From contig LVLI01000305.1 of NCBI GenBank assembly GCA_001687465.1, forward strand, positions 124,001 through 188,000: a DNA stretch of 64,000 bases, in the 5' to 3' direction. The stretch's first letter is position 1. The number at the start of each line of letters is the position of its first letter. The position numbers and the translations under genes are program-made. The notes under the pieces are model-generated. The model worked only from the letters and a program-made list of their open reading frames with translations, did no database searches and was not told the origin of the DNA. The stretch comes from Halocafeteria seosinensis (lineage: Eukaryota). This document shows positions 36,993 to 48,100 of this stretch, one piece after another.

Positions 36993-37934
36993 GCTGTGCC
37001 ACTGTGGCATTGGCGAACCAACGGGAGAGTCAGTCGTTAAGACAGGGACATCGCTAGTTGGGTCTTGAATGCTCCAAGGGACACTGCGGCTCAAGTTGCG
37101 AGCACCCCCTTCCTGCTTTGTTGATGAGAGTTGTGCCTAAGTCGGGCCACTTCCGTGTTGTAACCTGCCATGATGTGAGAGGGCGATACCTGTTCAATCG
37201 AGTTCAAGTCCCACACGGTATTTCAGCCAGTAGACAGGACGTTCATGTCCAATATACGATAAATCTGGATCCATTCTATTACCTTGTTATTTGTTGGGGT
37301 TCCCACATCCATGCAGGCAGGGAAACCGTCGTCCGGTCCTGCTGAGGTCGTCCCGCTCCGTCGCAGGCTGCGACTCGCAGCGCAGCTTGCAAGTGCTGGT
37401 GTTGGCAAGCGAGTCGATCACTGCCATCCAGTATTACAGTTCCATACTTTCGGTTGGCATTTACTTATTCTATCGCTCGGTTTCTTGAGCTGAGTTTTGC
37501 TTTTGTAAAGGGTTTTTGTACACGTGTGCGTGTGCAGGGGTCTTGGTAGAGGGGCTGCGAACCGCCCGAAAAAAAAGTCAGTGCGATTGAGTCGCTTGTT
37601 GCGACAAAACCTGCTCAACTGTTTGAGCGGGGGAATTATTCCATTCGGCAGCAAGTGGAATAGAAAGACGAGAGGAAAGGCATTGGTCTACTCTGAGGCA
37701 TCCAACGGCTTGAGAGCGCACGTACAGTAGTGTACACGGTGTAAACGGGGTCTTTTTTGCCCCCCTTCCCCTCCTTGCTGGCGCGCCAGATTATTACTAA
37801 CCGTCATTCCCCAAGGTTTAGCGTCCGACGCTCTCCATTCGACCAGCGAAACCTCGGAGTGAGATAGAGTGGTTGTAGTGTACACGGCATCCTGGCAGGA
37901 GCATGGTGCCTGAATGCCGTTAGAAGCGTGGAAA

Positions 37935-37969
37935 CAGAGAAAGAGAGAGAGACAGACAGACAGACAGAG
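37935..37969. repeat. (GA)n/(GACA)n microsatellite upstream of the NEK gene
   Basis: cagagaaagagagagagacagacagacagacagag. Confidence 0.7.
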
Positions 37970-38081
37970 CACCTGTAGCAAACTTAGACAGAGCCCAGAT
38001 TTTTTGTGTGGTAGAGAGGACAGGGACGCTTTTATTCGTCAATCCGGAGCGTAAAGTCGCGCTGTGCAAACAGCAGCCGCG

Positions 38082-41000
38082 ATGGACAATTATAAGGTGG
38101 TGCGCACCCTTGGACGCGGCGGTTTTGCAGTGGTAAAGCTGGTTCAGAGGCGGTCTGACGATGAATATTTCGTAGTAAAGAGGTTTTTACGCCAAATGGA
38201 TGATCTCTCCCAGAAAGAGAAAACAGAGATCTCGCGCGAGATAAAGCTGTTGGCCCATATGCGGCATCCGAACATTGTTCGGTTCGTCGACAGCTTCATC
38301 GAAGATGGGGTGATGCATATAGTCATGGAGTACGCCGGAAAAGGTACTCTCCACAAGCTAATTGTCAACCGCGACGGGGAGTTCTTCGAAGAAGATAGGA
38401 TATGGGAAATGTTTGTTCAAGTAAGATACGTTCTACTATATGTACCCTCTTGCTTCGAACTCCGTTTTTTCACTGTACCGTCAAATTCGCAGATTCTGCT
38501 TGCGTTGAATTACGTTCATTCTTGTAACGTCATGCACCGCGATATGAAGACGCAAAATATCATGTTAACTGGAGAGGAGGCAAGGATTGTAAAGCTAGGT
38601 ACGTCGGGAGCCATTGTTAAGGCTGTCTTGCGTGATTAAGGTGATTGAGCGCTGGCTGTTTGGGCTCTTGCAGGTGATTTTGGTATTGCAAAAGTACTAT
38701 CGTCAAAAAATGACATGGCGTCTAGTGTTGTGGGGACTCCGCACTACTTATCACCAGAAATTTGTCAAGGGCAGCACTACAATCGTAAATCTGACGTTTG
38801 GGCAATTGGCTGTATACTCTACGAGTTGGCAGCATTAAGAAAACCGTTTGATGCATCGAATATGCCGGCCATCATTTTTAGTATAATGCGTAACCAACCG
38901 GATGCGATCCCTGAGCATTACAGTGACGAATTAAGAAACCTCGTTTCTACACTACTCCATCCCTCTCCTGCAGATCGTCCGTCAGTACCAGAAATCCTGG
39001 CAATGCCAATAGTAAAACAAAAAGTTGATGAATGGATGGAAACGCGAGACCAGTTGTTTTCTTCCGATTATGTTGCCGAGGCAGAAACTGCCGCTGTGGA
39101 CTTAAGTCCGGAACTAAATCCAGCCGAAACGAGTCCTCGGAACAGAAAGCCTTCCCTACATAGAAAGCATTCTGCTAATGATCCTGCATTAATAGAGCAA
39201 AGACTCATGAATGAATTAGCAGATTTGAAGTCACGAGCTCATAACTTAAATTCTCCTGAAGGTCGAGCCGGCCTGAACGAAGAACTAGAGAAACTTGAAG
39301 AGTCTATGGACAAGGGTCCTGAACTAAGCGGAAATGTTTGGGAAAAGTTGGGAGGAGCGTGGGCAGATATTGGCAACTTTGACAGAGCGATTGCTGCCTA
39401 TCGCCGAGCCTTGCGCAGTAAGAACGCAAATGCGTCACTCGTTGCCATGGAACAGCTTGGTAACTTGTTAGTTCGCCGAGCACAGCAAGTTTGGGCGCTA
39501 GCCAAGAAAGGAGACGTAGATGCGGCCGAAAATACTGTGCGGGCATTGGGCAACAGCGCTGCTACAGCCGCTAATCAACTAATGCAGAAGTTGCAGAAAG
39601 AAGTCAACCGAAATAGGAAAAAGCAACGCGAACGACGCGACACTCATCGTGGAGAAGATGGGAAAGACGATGAAGAGGAAGGGTCGCCGCGAGATCCCGA
39701 AGATAGTGGTGACGATAGCCCCGAATCGGATGCCGAAGGGAAAGAGGAAACTGAAGAGGATTCATCGGAACCGTTGTGGAAAAGGGGAGCTGCTGCTATA
39801 ATGGGAGAAGGTCTGGGTCTTTTAGAACGTTTGATTAATCTCGGTGCGACAGGCGAGAGATACTCGCTATTGGGTAGTGCGTATAAGCGGCGGGCATGGA
39901 CAGGGTTGGGGAAGAGCCGGAAACAAGATCTTAGAGAAGCAGCGTCGGCGTACGCGAAAGCCCATAAGTTGGAGTTAGAGGAAACAGATGAAGACGAAGG
40001 AGAGGCTCCTAACCCGTATGCTCGGTTGAATCAGCTTACCTTTGAGTTACTCGCAGGCTCAGGTAGACAAAAGGCGAGGAAGCGCTTACTTGCAGCTGTG
40101 AAAGAGGCAGAAGAATGGGCCTTAGCGAGGGATCCTGCCGATGTGTGGCAATGGGTGCAAGTTAGTGATGCGCGTTGCCTGCGTTGGTTTCTTGGTGACG
40201 AAGATATAAGTTTAGACAGCGTCGTACAAGGGTACCGAGAGCAGTTTGCCTTTGGAGCCTCCCAAAGGGTTAAATCATCAGTTTTAGATCAGCTCGAATT
40301 CCTTTCCGAGGTCCTACATGGGCGTCTCACCGAAGATTCTGCGGACGCACTTGCACACGGAATATCCGAAAGCAGTATGAGTGAAGACGATGTAGGCCAA
40401 AATGGCGCTCTTTCTACCTCTGATGTTCGCCGGTGGCTCGGGGAACTTCTAGAAATGGTAAACAACCTCAGCAGCTTTTTAAAGAATGATATCCGCCCAA
40501 ATGAACAAAAAGATAGTGAAGAAAAGAGCTCCGGAACGACAAGTACTCAAGTTGATGAAGACAACGACCCCAGCCAAAAACACAACAACTCATCTTCTTT
40601 GCCGAAGAAGTGGTTCAAAACGAGACAGAATAAACCTCTCCTGTCTACGATTGCGAGCGTGGAAGGAGAGAATGAGGAGACGACTAGACTGGACCATACC
40701 AAGGAAGCAACTGACAACAGAGTTGGTGGGTCATCACCACCGGAAACGGAAGATAAGGAAGAGGGTACAAGCGAGAGTGGCCTGAAAGGATACATTCAAA
40801 GTGGAAACCACCGAAAAACCCCTTCTGCGGAACAGTCTCCGAAAAACCCCACTCAAAAGCAAGATCATGGACCTCGGTCTGCCGAGAATCCATTTGCAAG
40901 AAGATCATCCCGTCGTTTTGAAACCACGGCTGCCCAGAAACGTAGCTCGAAAAGCCTACAAACTAACCTTTCTTCTCCGAGTAATCGATCCGGCCCAAGG

Positions 41001-41585
41001 TCGCCTGTACCCAGCGCCCCTCAAGGAGTTAATCCATTTTCGCGCCAGAACAGGCCGAAACGGTCAACTCATAGCGGTAAGCCAGCTTCAGATAACGCAC
41101 TCACTGCCAATGTAAAGTATGAAAGTGCGGAATATAATAAAACGAGGTCCAAGAGTACGACGACTGCCCATTGGAACAATGCCAACAGACAAGCTGCATT
41201 GGATGCTGACGCACCAGAGGATGGGGAGTCCGGCCGGGAGCCGCGGTCGTCTGAGAGTCATATGCCCTGGTCTTCAGCAAGGTCAAGTTTGGACGGTTTG
41301 TCTGATGACGACGGAGGAGTGACTGGGTCAGCTCGGTATTTTGAGCAGAAACGCCGGCCCGTCCCTTCGGTCAGTTCAGTTGATGCTTCTGAGGTCCATA
41401 TGAAGCATCATTCTCAGCCGTCACCTACAACTTCGACGAGTCACAGCACTGGCCGGAATCATGAGCATGGAGTCACTGGTTCTACCGCAGTTAGCATGAA
41501 CACCGATGAACCGAAATCAGCTAACAGTACAACGGTGAGCAATCGTAAAGAGGACGGACCTAGCTCTTGCTGCATCGTCATGTGA
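38082..41585 (+). CDS. NIMA-related (NEK) Ser/Thr kinase with TPR-like module and C-terminal CaaX
   Basis: GRGGFAVV, HPNIVRF, HRDMKTQNI, KLGDFGIAK (joined across intron 38599-38673; another intron at 38421-38492), VGTPHYLSPE and KSDVWAIGC. Ends CCIVM-stop. Confidence 0.9.
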
Positions 41586-42175
41586 CACTCGCATAGACGC
41601 ACGGCTGTAGGACGATCCATCTAGACGTAGTGAAGCAGTTGAGTTGCACAACCTACGATGTTTATGTACAGTTAAACGAAGAGCAATGAATGCATATACT
41701 TCCGAAGAATTCCCCTGCAATTGCGTCCAATATAGTGCTTCGTGCCTTACCGCCTATTCTACTGTACAGTCTGTACAGTACACGTGGTACAGTGTACTTC
41801 CGAAAGCCGCAACGTTCCACTTCCGTATGCACATGAGAATTTCTAAACGCCTACCCACTCGCACACACACAGTTGTAGGCACCATGTTTTCCCACTCCTT
41901 TATGAGAAATTCAGTAAGAACATTCAGGCAAATAAGAACACACTGTTTTGTCTTTCTTTGCACCAAAGTGTTACTGTCCTTCCCGGAGGGGCTATTGTAG
42001 ACTTCTCGAAGATTTCCAAGCAGAAAGCACAACACGACATTCTTTTCGTTCACTTGTGTCAGAAACTTTCCTTTTCGTGTGTTTTCAGACGGATTATCAT
42101 AAATATAGGTATTTTCTAATTAGGCAAGTTAATCGTTTTCTCATAGATTTCTTGGCGAATTTGTGGTAGACGAGA

Positions 42176-45100
42176 ATGCCTCCTAAACGAGGCCGTGGGC
42201 GTGGTCGTGGCCGGGGACGCCCCGGCACATCGACCCCACAAAGCCAAGAATCCACTTCTGTAGCGCATACACTATCTACAGCTCAAGCGAGCCGGTCAAG
42301 AACGGTATCTACTATGGCAAGTTCGTCATCCGTGTCGTCGGGTTCTGCTTCCTCTAGCGCAGCGAGGATACAGCAGGACCAAAACCGGGAGGAAGTGAAG
42401 GGACACGAGGAAGATGACCAAGGCGATGACACCGATACAGATAGTGATGTTACAAGTTCAAGCATATCTGACGACGAAGATGAAGATGCCGACTCAAGTC
42501 TGCGTCAACAGGAGGAAGAGGAGCGCCGGAATAGTAATCAGAGACAAGACGAGCAGGAGGAACTCAAAAAGTTACAAGAGGAGGCCGAGCAGCCTTTGCA
42601 CGAATTGTACGAAATCTGGGAAAAGGCGACCGGCAAAACGTTAAGTAGTGCACCGAGGAATAAAGCGTCGCATGCGGCAACACCCACTGTGTCCTCCTCG
42701 TCTGCGTCTACTACAGCTTCTCTCCGTGGAACGAGTGCGGTACGAGGAGCAACCGGACGTGCCACTGCCGGACAAAATGCCGGGAAAATGAGGAGCCGGA
42801 AAGTAGCTGCACAAAAGAGTGCAAATGAGCCGAATGAAGGCAGTGCATCCGCCAATGGAAGCAATGTTACGAAGAGAGGAAGAGGAGCAGTGACAAGAGG
42901 GCGCGGCCGCGGTCGCGCGCGAGGCAGAGTGGATGTCGACAAGGCGACGGGGGAATCAAGTGTATCCGCTCATCACGATGCCCATGCTAGTGGAGGACCC
43001 AGTACAGATTTCGTAGCTAGCGAGGGCAACGGACAGTTGGCCCACCAAGGTACCAAGACTGGACGACCTAAGGGTCGAGGGCGGGGAGGAAAGAAAACTA
43101 CGACCGGGAAGAAAAATGTTTCAGGGTCTTTTGAAGTAAGAACCTTGACAGACGCCGAAGCAAGATCACTGGAAGAAAGAGAAGAAGTAGCTGTCACACG
43201 TCTGGAAGAATTGGTTACCCGGCGGATGGAGGAAGGGTTTGTAGCTGGATACGGATGCAAGAGCCCTTTCGACCCCACTCAATGGGATATTGACAAAAAC
43301 TTTGAAGGGAACGAGCCCATTAAGTCGATATTACCTGCAAGCGAATCTACGGCATTTTGTGAACAGCTAATCTTCTGTCCGCAAGGCTACTTTGACAAGG
43401 TTGGCGGCGAAGAGTTGTTGCAAAACAAGTGTTCGGGAATATCTGCCAAGTCCATGTCTGTTCAGAGTATGCAGTCAGGAACGTTTCCTTTATTCACCCC
43501 CTCTCACTTGCATTCCTTATTGGAGCCTGGTGTTATGCGAAGGTTGAAAGAATATGAATTCGAAGACTTTTATTTCCCCCCTGAGGACGCCGAAACAAGC
43601 GGTGAATCTACCATTGATCGCATAGAGAATGAAGGGAGCATAGACGAGACCAAAGCCCAGGGGCAAAATGGGAAAGCACAAAAGAGTCACTGGGATTTTC
43701 TTCTAGGCGAAATGCAGTGGATGGCGGCAGATTTTCGAGATGAGCGGAAGAAGAAGTTCAATAAGGCGAAACGACTCGCCCAAAGCGCGTTGGCAGCTTA
43801 TCGCCGCCGTGAGAAGAAAGCCCTTGCCAAAGCAAAGTCGTTTGAACGACAGCGGCGTAGAAGAGCGACTCAAATATCTAAGGCTGTCTCGCAACATTGG
43901 AGAAAAATCGACAAATTGGTAATTTGGAAACACCGCAGTCGATTAGAAGCAATGAGGAGAGAAGCCATGGATAAGCATCTAGCATTCCTTGTTGGACAGA
44001 CCAAAAAGTATACGAAGATGATTGCTGGCGACATTCTTAAAGATAATAAAGGGCGTCGGCACTCCACCAAACGTGTTCTCCCGGAAGGTGATCGTAGGCG
44101 GACAGCAGACGGAGATTCTGCTTCGTCGGCGCGACCGCTGAAGCGAAGACGGACAAGTGTTGCTTCTTCAATGCCTCAAGACGATGTGGCGTTGGACAGC
44201 ACTCGCGAAGACGGGGATTCTTCAAGTGAACAATACACTGAGACCTCAGAAGAAGCGGACGATGAAGGGACTTTGGAGGAGGAGGAGAGATGGGCAGAGC
44301 AACAACGAGAACGTGGTGAACTTGAAGATGAAGCTGACGAGGTAGAAGCGTTGAAGAATGATTTAGATGTACCGGTGGATCAACTTCGTGAACAATACGG
44401 CTATAACGCGGGTGAGAATGCGGATACATTGGATTATGAAGACAACGACAAGTCGAATGTGGATGCAGCCAGTGGTACGGACTCTGAAGATGGCGAGGAC
44501 TTTAGTGACGATCTGTCGGAAGTAGACGATGAGGAGACTCTTGAGGAAGAAGAGGCAAACAGAGACGTAAATGATGAGCAGGATGAATTGAATGCTCTTA
44601 AAGATGACTTGGACATCCCTATTGAAAAATTGCGAGAACAGTATGGTTCCGGGTCAACCGATGAGCAAACCACCAACGATAAGGAATACGAGGAGGCAAG
44701 TGACCACGGTGCGGGAAAAGCTGTGAAGTCCTCCTCATCGTCCAGCAAGCAACATAATAAAAGGCATGGTAGTCAATTGGAGCTTTCTGACAGTGCCAAG
44801 CGAAAGCAATCCACGTATGGTACTCCATTCCTTCTCAGAAATGCAGAGCGTCTTCGAGGCTACCAGTTAGAGGGTTTGGACTGGTTAATCTCCCTTCATG
44901 ATAAGCGGTTGAATGGTATTTTGGCAGATGAAATGGGTTTGGGTAAAACCATTCAAACAATCGCCTTGATAGCCTATTTGGCATGCTATCGGGCTATTTG
45001 GGGACCGCATCTGATTGTTGTTCCAACCTCAACGATTCTGAACTGGGAGATGGAGTTTAAGAGGTGGTGCCCTGCTCTGAAAGTAAAAACTTATTTCGGC

Positions 45101-48100
45101 TCGCCGCAAGAGCGAAAAGAAAAGAGAGAAGGATGGACGAAACCGAATGCATTTCATATATGCATTACGAGTTACCAGATGGCCGTGAAAGATTCTACTA
45201 TCTTTCGGAGAAAGCAGTGGTATTACATGATTCTAGACGAAGCTCATTATATAAAAAACTTTAAGAGCCAGCGCTGGCAGACCCTTCTGACGGTAAATTC
45301 GCGGCGTCGACTATTGCTTACTGGTACACCTTTACAGAATAACCTGATTGAGCTGTGGTCGCTGATGCACTTTTTGATGCCAGACTTATTCCGCAGCCAA
45401 AGTGAGTTCAAAGAGTGGTTTTCAACTCCTTTGACCGCTCATGTCGAAGGCATTTCTCAAGTGGATTCAAATTTAATCAACAAGCTACACTCCGTTCTCA
45501 GACCGTTTGTATTACGGAGACTGAAGAAGGAAGTTGAGCTCCAGTTGCCGGGAAAATATGAAAAAGTAATCAACTGTGAACTAAGCAAGAGACAGAGGTA
45601 TCTTTACGAAGAGTATATGTCCAGATCTTCTACGCGCTCTACCTTAGAAGGGGGAGGATTCATGAGTATGATGAATGTCTTGATGCAGCTACGCAAAGTG
45701 TGTAACCACCCGGATCTATTTGAACCCAGACCCATCCAGTCCCCCGTTCATGTAGGCGCTTTGTCCTGCCATTTTGCCCCTTACATGCTTCCGCCTGCTG
45801 CTAGAAGTGCATCATCCTCTGAGGCCACGGGATTCGGAGGTGCGGCCGTAGTTTCCTCAAAATTTTATTGGCTGGGGGATATATTTCATAGCACTGATAA
45901 TGAAATTGGTGGCTCCCATATGGAGACGATGGAGCTTTCTGACGAGAGCCAACGACTTGCTAGTGCCCTGAGAAATGCTAGCTCGCTCGAGTTTAGCGGC
46001 TCTTTTGGTTTTGGAAGAGTACACGTTCCTCTATTGGGTTTCTATGTACCCGCTACATTTCAGCAGCCGCATAGATGCCTATCCCGGACAGCTAGCAATT
46101 TACCTGCGTATATCGAGTCCCTTCCTGGAGTTCCTGACTCCATAGACATTGGAAGTCATGGCTTGTGCTTGGCGGATCTTGAACAAGGATCTTGTTCCCA
46201 GTACGCTGCTAAACGTTTGCTTGAGCTGATGCCGAACGGAGATACATGGAGCACTGCAATCGGAAGTGAAGAAAATGCAGCGTTTCGTTCTAGCATCAAT
46301 GGGTGTGACAATGACATTGAACCTGTCATGAGAAGTGAATCGCATCAAACGTTGAGAGAAAGTACTACGCAAAGCATTTTGAACTCTTACGCAATCGACC
46401 ATTCTCATACAATAGCAGCTGTGGCTGCCACCGGGGTGGATGTTCGCGATATTGCAGGTTCGGCAGCAGCCTCGAAGGAAGAGAGTAAGAGTGACGGTGA
46501 ACAGTTTTCCGAGGAACGATTCAGGGAGTTGATGAATTACGCCATTGTTGAGTCGAAAAGAATCCGCCTATTGCGTAGCGCAAAAGAAACGCATCGCCGA
46601 AAGGAGCAACTGAAACCTCTTCTGGCCACTTTGGCTGCTACCCATTATTACTCGGGACAGTCTCGGGAGAAAAGGGCAAACAGGCTGGCGAATATCAATT
46701 CCAAGAGATGCCGAAGTATCAGTAACTTGGCTATGGGTAGAGATGTGCATGAAGCTTGCTTTATCGGTCCATCGGCTGCGAATGAGTCTGTTTTTCTCTC
46801 ACATGGCTTTTGGCGACATGTGCCGCGTGTCCGGGACCAGCTCAAGAGAGCGCGGGAGACGAAGGAGTCCGCCCTGCAACCTTGGAACTACAGTCAGACT
46901 TTGCGTAAACTCACTCGTACCCTACCGGAACGTTGCACTAGCGTATCGCCATGGATAAGGAAATTGAAGTGTTACATTCCGAAGGTGTCCGCTGGTATGA
47001 CACGTATAGAAGTTGGTAGCAGCCCGCACAATGGTGTTGTTAAGACAAACTATGTGCTCGGCGCAGCGCACACAGCTCTGCGACGAAGCTCTACTTTGAG
47101 ACACCGGCATGAAGGTGACAACAGGCTGGCATTTCCTGATAAATTCTTGCTCCAATTTGATTGCGGCAAACTACAGGCGTTAGATCAACTGCTTCGCGAA
47201 CGGAAGGCTGGTGGTCATCGATGTTTGATATTTACCCAGATGACGCGGATGCTAGATATCCTTGAGATATTTCTGAACTTCCACGGTCACATGTACTTGC
47301 GACTTGATGGGTCTACCTCCGTAGAAGAGAGACAGAGGTTGATGGAGCGGTTCAATGAAGATGACAAGGTGTTCGTGTTCATTCTGAGTACTCGATCAGG
47401 TGGTCTTGGAGTAAACTTGACTGGGGCGGATTCAGTCATATTTTACGACAGCGACTGGAACCCTAGTATGGATACGCAAGCGCAAGATAGAGCACACCGT
47501 ATCGGACAGACGCGTGATGTGACTATCTATAGACTCATTACCTCTCGAACTGTGGAAGAAAATATTCTGCTGAAGTCTCGCCAGAAGGCAGAGATAGCAC
47601 GACTTTCGTTGCAAAGCGGGGGCTTTCGAACCTCTGCGCAAGATGAAGACTCCGGTACGAGTGATTTCTCCAATCTGTCGGTTCTCGGTAATTCAACAGA
47701 TCTACGATCAATCGTCACTGGTGATGTTCGCACTGTTCACGAGAAAACTAACGAAGCGAATGCGCAGGATGATCTGCGCAATGGCGAAGAACAGCAAAAT
47801 GTTGTCGCTGCTATGGAAGCCGTCGAAGATGAAGCAGATGTGGCTGCACAGAGGGCTTTGAAGACTGAAATGGAACAAAATGCAAACGAATTTGACGAGA
47901 AAGAAGAAGGGGTCGAGAATCAAAATCAATCCTCCTCAAAGCAGAACGCAAGTACCGGAGAGGCTAATGCGGAAGGGCAAAGTAAACCGCAAGAAGAAGA
48001 GGATGATTTGCTATCTGGTGTCAAAGGGCTCACCGATGTCAATGTGTCTGAAACCAACAGCACCGAGGGTAAAACAGTTGACCGAGTCGCTCAAGCGGCA

